Positions 1 to 8,894 of a stretch of DNA of 25,494 nucleotides are shown here, one piece after another; position 1 is the first letter of the stretch, and each line of letters starts with the position of its first letter. Under the pieces are notes generated by a model, which saw nothing but the letters and a program-made list of their open reading frames with translations, was not told the DNA's origin and ran no database searches. Both the position numbers and the translations under genes were made by a program. The DNA is from a virus (Duplodnaviria; Caudoviricetes), in the IMG/VR virus record IMGVR_UViG_3300017753_001625, positions 1 through 25,494 of that record. One strand, written 5' to 3'.

Positions 1-384
1 TTACCTGGTATGACAATAGGAGAAGTTGCGATACCATTTAGAGGTAGGGAGTTATATGTTGCAGGTGATAGAACATTTGCTACATGGGCAACTACTATCT
101 TAAATGATACAGACTTCAAAATAAGAAACGCATACGAAAGATGGTTAAATGGTATTAACAATATGTCCGATAACGAAGGACTTGTTAATCCCGCTGACTA
201 TCAAGTTGACGCTTTTGTTGACCAATTAGACAGAAACGGTAATGTGATTAAATCATATACATTTAGAGGAATGTTCCCAACAACATTGGATGACATACCT
301 TTAGATTATGGTACTAACAATGCAGTAGAATCATTTACTGCTACGCATAGATACCAGTACTTTGAAACAAATACAACTACTTAA
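1..384 (+). CDS. gp19: Tail tube protein (T4 gp19-like), 5'-truncated by window edge
   Basis: Frame is open from position 1 (LPGMTIGEV...). Motifs PFRGR..AGDRTF..W..TI.ND.DF.IR.A.E.W and QLDR.G...Y.F.G.FP are typical of gp19. Lies directly upstream of the portal gene. Confidence 0.93.
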   Translation, partial: LPGMTIGEVAIPFRGRELYVAGDRTFATWATTILNDTDFKIRNAYERWLNGINNMSDNEGLVNPADYQVDAFVDQLDRNGNVIKSYTFRGMFPTTLDDIPLDYGTNNAVESFTATHRYQYFETNTTT

Positions 385-390
385 TAGACG

Positions 391-398
391 ACTAAATA
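391..398 (+). promoter_or_regulatory. Probable gp55-dependent late promoter variant (ACTAAATA)
   Basis: TAAATA core in the gp19-gp20 intergenic gap, followed by GGAG SD and the gp20 ATG at 423. Confidence 0.6.
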
Positions 399-422
399 GT
401 TAAGTAGAATTGGAGAAATATT

Positions 423-1928
423 ATGGCAGAACTGTTTGGGTTTAAGATTGAGAGATTAGGTTCCTCAAAGGTTGACCCTCGACAAAATATAGTTCCACCA
501 CAAGCGGATGACGGTACAACAACCGTCCCCGCTGGTGGGTTTTTTGCGTCTTACGGAGGTTTTGATGTAAATGCTAGGAACGAATTAGACCTCATTAGAA
601 GATATAGAGAAATATCGTTGCATCCTGAATGTGATTTAGCAATTGAGGACATTGTATCAGAAGCAATTGTCTCAAATGAAAATCAATCTTCAGTGCAATT
701 AGACTTATCACACATTAATTATAACGACTCAATCAAAAAAGCAATACGAGACTCATTTAGTGAGATATTAGATTTGTTAAGATTTGATACAAAAGGACAT
801 GACATTTTTAGAAGATGGTATGTTGATGGTAGAGTATTTTATCACAAAATAATAGATAAAGACTCACCAAGAAAAGGTATAACAGAGTTAAGATATATCG
901 ACCCTCGTAAAATTAAAAAAGTAAGAGAAGTTAGAAAAAACAAAGTAGATGGGATGCCTGGTTCGTTTGCAATGACAAACAAATATCAGGAGTTTTATCT
1001 ATTTAACGAAAAAGGAATACATCCTACTGCAACATCAAACGCAGGTGGATTACAAATCGCTACAGACGCTATCGCATATTGTCCATCAGGATTAATTGAT
1101 ACAACTAAAAATATAGTTATGTCTTACTTACATAAGGCAATCAAACCTGTTAATCAATTAAGAATGATTGAAGACGCTGTTGTAATATACAGAATTGCTC
1201 GTGCACCTGAAAGAAGAATATTCTATATTGATGTAGGTAATTTACCTAAGATCAAGGCTGAACAATATTTAAGAGATGTTATGGCTAGATATAGAAATAA
1301 ACTTGTATATGACGCAAGTACAGGTGAAATAAGAGACGATAGAAACTATATGTCTATGCTAGAAGATTTCTGGTTACCTAGAAGAGAAGGTGGTAGAGGT
1401 ACTGAAATTACTACTTTACCTGGTGGTCAAAATCTAGGAGAGATTGCAGATATAGAATACTTTCAAAGAAAACTATATCGTTCATTAAATGTTCCTATCA
1501 GTAGATTAGAAAGTGGATCTGGATTTAATCTAGGTAGAGCTGCAGAAATTAGTAGAGATGAAGTTAAGTTTACTAAATTTGTAGGTAGATTAAGAAAGAA
1601 ATTTACAACTCTATTCCATGACTTATTGAAAACACAATTAATCTTAAAAGGTGTAATCGCACCAGAAGATTGGGATCAAATAAAAGAAAAAATCTTTTTT
1701 AATTTCTTACAAGACGGATACTTTGCTGAACTTAAAAATTCAGAGATGATGAAAGAGAGAGTGCAACTTGCTCAATCATTAGAAGGTTATGTTGGTAAGT
1801 ATTATTCTAACAATTATATTAGAACTAAAATACTTCATCAAAATGAACAAGAAGTAAAAGAAATAGACGCAGAGATACAAAACGAACAAGGTTCTGAACA
1901 AGATACGCAAAATAATAAACCTGAATAA
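423..1928 (+). CDS. gp20: Portal vertex protein (T4 gp20-like)
   Basis: Motifs FRRWYVDGR, YLHKAIKPVNQLRMIEDAVVIYRIARAPERRIFYIDVGNLPK, EDFWLPRREGGRGTEITTLPGGQ. Confidence 0.98.
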   Translation: MAELFGFKIERLGSSKVDPRQNIVPPQADDGTTTVPAGGFFASYGGFDVNARNELDLIRRYREISLHPECDLAIEDIVSEAIVSNENQSSVQLDLSHINYNDSIKKAIRDSFSEILDLLRFDTKGHDIFRRWYVDGRVFYHKIIDKDSPRKGITELRYIDPRKIKKVREVRKNKVDGMPGSFAMTNKYQEFYLFNEKGIHPTATSNAGGLQIATDAIAYCPSGLIDTTKNIVMSYLHKAIKPVNQLRMIEDAVVIYRIARAPERRIFYIDVGNLPKIKAEQYLRDVMARYRNKLVYDASTGEIRDDRNYMSMLEDFWLPRREGGRGTEITTLPGGQNLGEIADIEYFQRKLYRSLNVPISRLESGSGFNLGRAAEISRDEVKFTKFVGRLRKKFTTLFHDLLKTQLILKGVIAPEDWDQIKEKIFFNFLQDGYFAELKNSEMMKERVQLAQSLEGYVGKYYSNNYIRTKILHQNEQEVKEIDAEIQNEQGSEQDTQNNKPE

Positions 1929-1939
1929 TATATTAAATT

Positions 1940-3595
1940 GTGATTACATTATCGGTACAAATAAACCATTTAGCCTCAGCGGCTGTCTTTTTAGATAATC
2001 AACTTATATACTTTCAACAAGAAGAAAGACTAAGCAAAAATAAAGGTGCAGGTTCAATACCTTTTTTTGTTTTAGATGATATTAAAAAAAGAGTAGGACA
2101 AATAGATAATCTTGTAAGCACAGGTTATAATTTTGCAGGCAGTGAGGAGTTGAAACATTATGTTGAACACATTGATTTATTTAAAGATAGAAAAAAATCA
2201 CAGTTAAATCATTATTTTAAATCTCATCATCTTGCTCATGCTTTTAAAGCAGTCGTATCTTCTAATTTTAAAGAAGGATTAGTTTTTGTAGTTGATGGTA
2301 GAGGTTGTTCATATAATTTAAGTAATGGTCAAGTAGGATATGAAACTGCTTCAGTTTACAAATTCAAAGATAATAATTTAAGATGTCTTCACAAATACGT
2401 TTATACTAACGCTGAAGGTGTAAAAGATTTGAAAGTAAAACCTGAAGTTGATAGTGTTCTATTTGCTCTAAAAGGTGTGGATCGTTTACCCTTTGAAATA
2501 GATGAAAATACAAAGTTTACATTATCAAATGAACTTGGTATGGGAGAGATATATTCTCATATGTCAACTATATGTGGTTTTGACAATGAAGAAGGTAAGT
2601 TAATGGGACTAGCTGCATATGGTCAATATGATGAAGAACTTTATAATCGAATAAAAAATTTTGACAAAGATTATTTTAAATTCAAAGGAGATAGTATGTT
2701 AGGTAATGGATTAATTAAATCTAATTTAAAATATAATGATTATCTTAACATTGCTTTTAATACTCAAAAGTTTTTTGAAGATGAACAAATTAAACTTTTA
2801 AATAAACATATTGATAATGAAACAAATATAGTACTAACTGGTGGTTGTGCTTTAAATGTTGTTAATAATTACAAACTTAAAAAAGTATTTCAAAGTAAAA
2901 ATTTTTACGCAGAACCTATGTGTGGCGATGAAGGAAACTCAATTGGTATTGGTCAATATGAAATATTAAGACACGGTTACAAACCACAACCTATTGATAA
3001 TATTTGTTTAGGTAATAGATATAATTATTCTAATATTAATGGTGTAGATGTACAAATAGATCAGGTAGTAAACCTAATTAAAGAAGGACATATTATTGCA
3101 TTATATCAAGGTGGTTGTGAAGCAGGACCTAGGGCATTAGGTAATAGAAGTTTACTATTAGACCCTACTATACATAACGGTAAAGATATTATGAACACCG
3201 TAAAACAAAGAGAAAAATTTAGACCTTTTGCTTGTTCTATATTACATGAAGATGTAAACGATTGGTTTGATATGGCAGGTATAAATGAAAGTCCTTTTAT
3301 GATGTATGGTGTTGAATCAAAACAAGAAGATAAAATAAAATCAGTTATACATGAGGACAAAACTTGTAGAGTACAAACGGTTAAATCTTCACAAAATCAA
3401 GTATTATATGATATATTAAAAGAATTTAAAAATAAAACTGGCATTCCTTTACTAATGAATACCTCTTTTAATCTTGCAGGAGAAACTTTAGTTGAAACTC
3501 CAGAAGACGCAATAGACGTTTTAAAGAGATCAAAACTAGAGTATGTTTACTTTGCAGATATTAAAAAACTAGTATATATAAAAAATAACGAATAG
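1940..3595 (+). CDS. Carbamoyltransferase, NodU/CmcH/TobZ family
   Basis: Kae1-like N-domain motifs EERLS, HHLAHA, VDGRG, EGKLMGLAAYG, GGCALN, GDEGNSIG. YrdC-like C-domain motifs GPRALGNRS, KQREKFRPFA, RVQTV, NTSFN. GTG start with no clear SD. Confidence 0.93.
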   Translation: MITLSVQINHLASAAVFLDNQLIYFQQEERLSKNKGAGSIPFFVLDDIKKRVGQIDNLVSTGYNFAGSEELKHYVEHIDLFKDRKKSQLNHYFKSHHLAHAFKAVVSSNFKEGLVFVVDGRGCSYNLSNGQVGYETASVYKFKDNNLRCLHKYVYTNAEGVKDLKVKPEVDSVLFALKGVDRLPFEIDENTKFTLSNELGMGEIYSHMSTICGFDNEEGKLMGLAAYGQYDEELYNRIKNFDKDYFKFKGDSMLGNGLIKSNLKYNDYLNIAFNTQKFFEDEQIKLLNKHIDNETNIVLTGGCALNVVNNYKLKKVFQSKNFYAEPMCGDEGNSIGIGQYEILRHGYKPQPIDNICLGNRYNYSNINGVDVQIDQVVNLIKEGHIIALYQGGCEAGPRALGNRSLLLDPTIHNGKDIMNTVKQREKFRPFACSILHEDVNDWFDMAGINESPFMMYGVESKQEDKIKSVIHEDKTCRVQTVKSSQNQVLYDILKEFKNKTGIPLLMNTSFNLAGETLVETPEDAIDVLKRSKLEYVYFADIKKLVYIKNNE

Positions 3596-3601
3596 AAAGG
3601 T

Positions 3602-3609
3602 TATAAATA
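3602..3609 (+). promoter_or_regulatory. T4-type late promoter TATAAATA
   Basis: Exact consensus, intergenic, 5 nt before the ATG at 3615. Confidence 0.85.
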
Positions 3610-3614
3610 TAGAT

Positions 3615-3845
3615 ATGACAAAAGAAAACTTAAATAAATTTGTTGACTCTTTAGCAAAAGGTGATAACAATACAGCCAGAGACGCATTTAACGGTGCAAT
3701 GGCTGACAAAGTATCATCTGCTTTAGACACAGCAAAACAGAATACTGCTACATCATTATATCAACAACCAGAAACACCAAATACGGTTGTCGGTGTTGAT
3801 ACACCTGATAATATTGAGGTAGCAAATGACGACAACGCTCAGTAA
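3615..3845 (+). CDS. Probable prohead core protein (gp67-like)
   Basis: Small helical protein with an acidic tail (FVDSLAKGDNNTARDAFNGAMADKVSSALD) in the gp20-gp21 interval, with its own late promoter. Assignment rests mainly on synteny. Confidence 0.6.
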   Translation: MTKENLNKFVDSLAKGDNNTARDAFNGAMADKVSSALDTAKQNTATSLYQQPETPNTVVGVDTPDNIEVANDDNAQ

Positions 3846-4080
3846 TCTTCGAACTAAAATAGACGAAGGTAACGACTACAAGAGAAGTAGGCAATATAAT
3901 AAGTTGTCTCCTAAAGTAAAAAGAGCTGTTGATATGGTTTATAAGTCTATTGAAACAGACAAAAACGCAGTTGCTAATTTTGAAAAAAATGTTAGTGCAG
4001 CTGCAAAAAAACATAATGTTAGTAATAGAGAATTAATGAATTATTTTGATAAAGAAACACTAACAATTTTAAGGAGATAA
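3826..4080 (+). CDS. Hypothetical basic protein (possible prohead core/internal protein)
   Basis: GAGG SD upstream, overlaps previous gene, codon usage like neighbours. N-terminal LRTKIDE resembles a prohead-protease cleavage context. Confidence 0.6.
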   Translation: MTTTLSNLRTKIDEGNDYKRSRQYNKLSPKVKRAVDMVYKSIETDKNAVANFEKNVSAAAKKHNVSNRELMNYFDKETLTILRR

Positions 4081-4081
4081 A

Positions 4082-4459
4082 ATGGCAGTTAGAAATAGAA
4101 CACTAACAGATAACGCTTTCGGAACAAAAGTACTTGTATCTTTAGACGATCACGGCTCTGCTGTTACCATTGACGCAAGCGAATTAGTAAACGCTGCAGG
4201 TTCTGGTAATAGATTAGACATTAAAAGAATAGAGTGGTGTTTAGATAAAGAAGTTGCAATTACTTTTACAGGTTCAGGTGTAGTAGAAGCTATTGATCTT
4301 GCAGGTGGTACTACTGGTAAATTTGACGCACACTCAATAACAAATGGTGCGACACTAGCCGGTAATGCAACTGACGGAGATATAGTATTAACACCAGCAA
4401 CTGGTACTGACGGATTTGTTTATTTAGAGTTAGTCAAGGCCGCTGGCTTTGGTAACTAA
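4082..4459 (+). CDS. Hypothetical virion-associated protein, paralog 1 of 3
   Basis: AGGAG SD. Shares TLTD, DAS, GDIVL and terminal ELVK motifs with the next two ORFs. Confidence 0.7.
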   Translation: MAVRNRTLTDNAFGTKVLVSLDDHGSAVTIDASELVNAAGSGNRLDIKRIEWCLDKEVAITFTGSGVVEAIDLAGGTTGKFDAHSITNGATLAGNATDGDIVLTPATGTDGFVYLELVKAAGFGN

Positions 4460-4461
4460 TA

Positions 4462-4863
4462 ATGTCTATTACTACTACGACATTAGCAGATGATAATTTT
4501 AAAGTTATCATAAAGGCAAATGGTGGTAGTAATGAAGACAAAGAATTATTGTTAGACGCTTCAAAGTTAAATAAGGCAACAGCAAGTCCTAATGTATCAA
4601 TTGCAAGTGTACACCATGAGATACTAGGTACAGGCAAAATTACTTTATTTTTTGACGCACAAACAAACGAAGAAATTGCAACGACTTTTAGTGGTCGTGG
4701 TAATTATGGATTAAAAAAAGACGAACCTAAAATAAAACAAGGTGATACAGGTGCAACTTTAATTAATCCTACAGGTGACATATTATTGTCAACAGATAGT
4801 AATGTATCAAAATATAATATATTAATAGAATTTAGAAAAGAAAAAGGTTTTACAAATGGCTGA
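4462..4863 (+). CDS. Hypothetical virion-associated protein, paralog 2 of 3
   Basis: TLAD, LDAS, PTGDILLST and IEFRK motifs shared with neighbours. Confidence 0.7.
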   Translation: MSITTTTLADDNFKVIIKANGGSNEDKELLLDASKLNKATASPNVSIASVHHEILGTGKITLFFDAQTNEEIATTFSGRGNYGLKKDEPKIKQGDTGATLINPTGDILLSTDSNVSKYNILIEFRKEKGFTNG

Positions 4864-5248
4864 TATAGTTTCAAGTTTAACAATTACAGACACTAGTGGT
4901 GTAAAATTCACAGGTAAATTTACTAATTTTTCAGACGGCACAGGTGAAAATCTAGTCACAAAAGTTGACGCTTCAAACACTACTTTTATGTCTGAAGATG
5001 GCAATAGAAAGATTAGTAAAATTTATTGGTCAGTAAATACTTCAGACACAAAGTCTGGTGTTGAAATATTGTGGGCAGGCGCAACAAATGCTAGTGCAGT
5101 TTTCTTATCTGGTCAAGGTTATTGGGACTTACGAACAGATGGAAATGAGATTACAAACAACGCAACTACTCCTACAGGTGATATTCTTCTTTCAACGAAG
5201 AACTTTGCAAATGGGGATAATTACACTATTGTTGTGGAGTTTAGATAG
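4856..5248 (+). CDS. Hypothetical virion-associated protein, paralog 3 of 3
   Basis: TITD, VDAS, PTGDILLST and VEFR motifs. 8-nt overlap with the previous gene. Confidence 0.7.
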   Translation: MADIVSSLTITDTSGVKFTGKFTNFSDGTGENLVTKVDASNTTFMSEDGNRKISKIYWSVNTSDTKSGVEILWAGATNASAVFLSGQGYWDLRTDGNEITNNATTPTGDILLSTKNFANGDNYTIVVEFR

Positions 5249-5255
5249 CAATTTG

Positions 5256-5263
5256 TATAAATA
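5256..5263 (+). promoter_or_regulatory. T4-type late promoter TATAAATA
   Basis: Exact consensus, intergenic, upstream of gp21. Confidence 0.85.
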
Positions 5264-5282
5264 TAATTAACGAGAGATAGAC

Positions 5283-5927
5283 ATGAAGTTAATTACCGAA
5301 GAAATCCAAAACGCAGAATATATCGTTGAGCAAAACAACGGTAAAAAAGACTACAAAATTAAGGGTATTTTCATGCAGGCCGAGATGAAAAATAAGAACG
5401 GTCGTGTATATCCTAAAGATATTTTGGAAAGAGAAGTCGGTAGATATAATAGAGAATTTATTAACAAAAGCAGAGCCTTTGGCGAACTCGGTCATCCAGA
5501 CGGACCAACAGTTAATTTAGAAAGAGTATCGCACATGATCAAGGCTCTCTATCCAGATGGCAATAACTTTATTGGTGAGGCTAAGATATTAGACACACCT
5601 TATGGAAAAATAGTGAAGAACTTAATAGATGAAGGTGCTAAGTTAGGCGTTTCAAGTAGAGGTATGGGAACATTGAATAATAGAGGCGGCGCTAATGTAG
5701 TATCAAATGATTTTTATCTTGCAACCGCGGCTGATATAGTCGCAGATCCTAGTGCTCCAGAGGCCTTTGTAGAAGGTATAATGGAAGGCAAAGAGTGGGT
5801 ATGGGATAATGGTATAATACAAGAGCAAGAGATACACCGATTAAAGTTAGAGATGTCAAACGCAAAAAAACACGAACTTTCTGTAAAACAGGCAAAAGTG
5901 TTCGAATCGTTTATCAAAAATCTTTAA
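5283..5927 (+). CDS. gp21: Prohead core protease (T4 gp21-like)
   Basis: MKLITE start. Motifs N.NGRVYP, GELGHP, ERVSH, GVSSRGMG, DIVADPSAP.AFV.GIME. Confidence 0.97.
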   Translation: MKLITEEIQNAEYIVEQNNGKKDYKIKGIFMQAEMKNKNGRVYPKDILEREVGRYNREFINKSRAFGELGHPDGPTVNLERVSHMIKALYPDGNNFIGEAKILDTPYGKIVKNLIDEGAKLGVSSRGMGTLNNRGGANVVSNDFYLATAADIVADPSAPEAFVEGIMEGKEWVWDNGIIQEQEIHRLKLEMSNAKKHELSVKQAKVFESFIKNL

Positions 5928-5930
5928 TTT

Positions 5931-5938
5931 TATAAATA
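5931..5938 (+). promoter_or_regulatory. T4-type late promoter TATAAATA
   Basis: Exact consensus immediately after the gp21 stop, upstream of gp22. Confidence 0.85.
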
Positions 5939-6010
5939 TTACTTGACATTATTGTAAAATCAATAGGTCAGTAGTATTGAACTAACTATAACTAATAAGG
6001 AACAAAGCAA

Positions 6011-7459
6011 ATGGCTGAGAACACTCAAGCAGACTTACCGAAAAAGAACGCTGCACCAGCTGAAGCACCTAAATCGCTACAAAGTACTATTCAGAATGTA
6101 ATTACAAAAGCAATTACTTCACCAACGGATGGTAAAATAGATTTCGCACAAGGGGTAAACCACATTACTGGTGACCCACAACAAAAAAGTGCAGGCGCTC
6201 CAGATAGTATGCAATCTTTAAAGGCAGAGGCTGAACCTAAAAAAGATATGAACGCTTCTTATGAAAATGACATGAAAAAAGAAACTGAAGATAAAGAAAA
6301 AGAAGTTAAAGAAATGTCAGATAAAGAAAAAGAAGTAAAAAAAGAATCAGACGAAGACAAGAAAAAAGAAGACATGAAAGAAGGCGAAATGCCTGCTGGT
6401 CTTAAAAAGTACCTTGACAAGAAAAATGATAAAAAAGAAGAAAAAGAAGACGAGAAAAAAGATGTTAAGGAAACTGAAGACAAGAAGTCTGAAATGATTA
6501 AAGCTGAAATCGAAAAAATGAAACAAGAGATGGAAGACAAGACGAAAGAACTTAAAGCTCAAGTTGACAAAGAAAAAGATATGAACGAAGCTGAAGATCA
6601 TAAAGATGACAAAGAGAAAAAAGAAGAAAAAGAAGACGAGAAGAAAAAAATGTCTGAAGCAGAAGATAAAGAAAAAGAAATGAAAAAAGAAATGCAACAT
6701 GATGATGAAAAGAAAACTGCTAAAGAAAAAGTAAAAGACATGAACATGAAAGAAGATGTTAAGGCTTTAACTGCTGATGAAGATTTATCAGAAGAGTTTA
6801 AACAAAAAGCTGCAACAATTTTTGAATCTGCTGTTCGTGCAAAACTTGTCGAAGAAATTGAGAAATTAGAAAGTGAATACGAAACTAAGGTTGAAGAGAA
6901 AACTGAAGAAGTTAAATCTGAAATCGTAGAAAAAGTTGACGCTTATCTAAACTATGTTGTAAGTGAATGGACGAAAGAAAATGAACTTGCGATAGAAAAA
7001 GGTTTAAGAACCGAGATAGCTGAAGATTTTATCGGCGGTCTTAAAAACTTATTTGAGTCTCACTACATTGAAATTCCAGAAGAGAAGTACAATGTAATTG
7101 AGAATCAAGCTGCTGAAATTGAAGAGTTAAAATCAAAACTTAACGAATCAATGGATGAATCAATTGAACTTAACCAAAAAATCGGTGAGTTTGCTAGAGA
7201 TGAAATTCTAGTAGATGTTGCAAGTGATCTTGCTGAAACTGAAAAGGAAAAGTTTAAAGGATTAGCAGATAGTATTGAATATAAAGACGCTGCAGATTTC
7301 AGAACGAAAGTAGAGACAGTAAAAGAGTCATACTTTCCAAAGAAAAAAGTAGTGGGTGAAGACGAAACTAATGATGTGGCAGACAAACCTGTGTCAGATT
7401 TATCTGGCTCTATGGCTGCATATGCCGCTGCTATTAGTAAAATAACTAATAAAAAATAA
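6011..7459 (+). CDS. gp22: Prohead scaffolding protein (T4 gp22-like) with long charged insertion
   Basis: LSEEFK.KAATIFESAV, KVDAYLNYVVSEW..ENELAIE.GLR.EI.EDF..GLK.LF, M..YAAAI C-terminus. Located between gp21 and gp23, TAAGGA SD. Confidence 0.93.
   Translation: MAENTQADLPKKNAAPAEAPKSLQSTIQNVITKAITSPTDGKIDFAQGVNHITGDPQQKSAGAPDSMQSLKAEAEPKKDMNASYENDMKKETEDKEKEVKEMSDKEKEVKKESDEDKKKEDMKEGEMPAGLKKYLDKKNDKKEEKEDEKKDVKETEDKKSEMIKAEIEKMKQEMEDKTKELKAQVDKEKDMNEAEDHKDDKEKKEEKEDEKKKMSEAEDKEKEMKKEMQHDDEKKTAKEKVKDMNMKEDVKALTADEDLSEEFKQKAATIFESAVRAKLVEEIEKLESEYETKVEEKTEEVKSEIVEKVDAYLNYVVSEWTKENELAIEKGLRTEIAEDFIGGLKNLFESHYIEIPEEKYNVIENQAAEIEELKSKLNESMDESIELNQKIGEFARDEILVDVASDLAETEKEKFKGLADSIEYKDAADFRTKVETVKESYFPKKKVVGEDETNDVADKPVSDLSGSMAAYAAAISKITNKK
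6240..6760 (+). repeat. Purine-rich low-complexity coding repeats (K/E/D/M) within gp22
   Basis: Exact 26-nt duplication AAAAAAGAAGAAAAAGAAGACGAGAA at 6431-6456 and 6617-6642. GATAAAGAAAAAGAA recurs near 6290, 6320 and 6665. Confidence 0.8.
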
Positions 7460-7494
7460 AAAGTTAATTAACTTTAATAAGGAGAGATAGAACA

Positions 7495-8871
7495 ATGTTT
7501 TTATCAGAAAATGTACAACAGAAATGGCAGCCTGTTTTGGATCATCCTGATTTACCAAAAATCGAGGATTCATACAAAAGAGCAGTCACATCTGTAATAC
7601 TAGAAAACCAAGAGAAGTCGTTAAAAGAAGACGCTGCTTTCTTATCGGAAGCTGCACCTGCTAACGCAACTGGTTCTTCTATTCAAAACTGGAATCCTAT
7701 CCTTATCTCTTTAGTAAGAAGAGCAATGCCTAACCTTATCGCTTACGATATTGCAGGCGTTCAACCTATGTCAGGTCCTACAGGCTTGATATTTGCAATG
7801 AGAAGTAGATTCTCAACGCAAGCAGGTGGAGAAGCTCTTTTTGATGAAGCAGATACAGATTTTTCAGGCAGAAATGCTGCTGGATCATCTGTGGATGGTT
7901 ATTCTTCAACGGCTCATGCGGGTGAAAACCCGGCTGTGCTTAACGACTCTATCGGTACTTCTACTGGTTACACAACTGGTACAGGTATGTCAACAGCTGC
8001 GGCTGAAAAACTAGGGGAAGACTCTGGTAATCAGTTTGCTGAAATGGCATTCTCAATTGAGAAGTCTACTGTGACTGCAAAGTCAAGAGCTCTTAAAGCA
8101 GAGTACACGATGGAATTAGCACAAGACCTTAAAGCAATACACGGATTAGACGCAGAGACAGAATTGTCAAACATCTTATCTGCTGAGATCCTTGCGGAAA
8201 TCAACAGAGAAGTAGTAAGAACAATCTACAGAACTGCTGAAGCTGGTGCTGCTGACAATGATAACTCAAACGCTGCAATCAACACTACAAGTGCTGGTAT
8301 CTTCGATTTAGATACTGACTCAAATGGTAGATGGTCAGTTGAGAGATTCAAAGGTCTAATGTTCCAAGTTGAGAGAGACGCTAACACAATCGCACAAAGA
8401 ACAAGAAGAGGAAAAGGTAATATAATTATCTGTTCTTCAGACGTTGCTAGTGCGTTGCAAATGGCTGGTGTTTTAGATTACACACCTGCTCTTAATAACA
8501 ACCTTAATGTAGATGACACAGGTAACACTTTTGCTGGCGTATTAAACGGCAGATACAAAGTATACATTGACCCTTATGCGTCAAACCTTGCGTCAAATGC
8601 TTCACCTAGTAAACAATACTATGTTGTTGGTTACAAAGGTACAAGTCCATACGACGCTGGATTATTCTATTGTCCGTATGTACCTCTACAAATGGTAAGA
8701 GCAGTTGGTCAAGATACCTTCCAACCAAAAATTGGTTTCAAAACTAGATACGGTTTAGTTGCGAATCCTTTTGCTGGTGCTGCTGCTGGTGGTGCAATCA
8801 CTGCTGACGGTGTTGGTAACATCAACTCAAACAGATATTACAGAAGAGTACAGGTTACAAACATAATGTAA
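7495..8871 (+). CDS. gp23: Major capsid protein (T4 gp23-like)
   Basis: LISLVRRAMPNLIAYDIAGVQPMSGPTGLIFAMRSR, SRALKAEYTMELAQDLKAIHGLDAE.EL.NIL, FYCPYVPL, QPKIGFKTRYG. TAAGGAG SD. Confidence 0.99.
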   Translation: MFLSENVQQKWQPVLDHPDLPKIEDSYKRAVTSVILENQEKSLKEDAAFLSEAAPANATGSSIQNWNPILISLVRRAMPNLIAYDIAGVQPMSGPTGLIFAMRSRFSTQAGGEALFDEADTDFSGRNAAGSSVDGYSSTAHAGENPAVLNDSIGTSTGYTTGTGMSTAAAEKLGEDSGNQFAEMAFSIEKSTVTAKSRALKAEYTMELAQDLKAIHGLDAETELSNILSAEILAEINREVVRTIYRTAEAGAADNDNSNAAINTTSAGIFDLDTDSNGRWSVERFKGLMFQVERDANTIAQRTRRGKGNIIICSSDVASALQMAGVLDYTPALNNNLNVDDTGNTFAGVLNGRYKVYIDPYASNLASNASPSKQYYVVGYKGTSPYDAGLFYCPYVPLQMVRAVGQDTFQPKIGFKTRYGLVANPFAGAAAGGAITADGVGNINSNRYYRRVQVTNIM

Positions 8872-8894
8872 TCTTACCTTTTCGTAAGAAATTT

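Noticed and set aside
5943-5977. TTGACA upstream of gp22 as a sigma70 promoter
   Set aside because: No -10 element at 16-18 nt spacing. The hexamer is better explained as part of the hairpin arm.
6280-6680. CRISPR-like or VNTR array in the gp22 repeats
   Set aside because: Repeats are in-frame, irregularly spaced and degenerate, with no constant repeat-spacer period.
6259-6700. Minus-strand ORFs 6259-6540 and 6347-6700 (poly-Phe/Ser)
   Set aside because: Shadows of the purine-rich gp22 insert, which lacks reverse-strand stops. No RBS or promoter.
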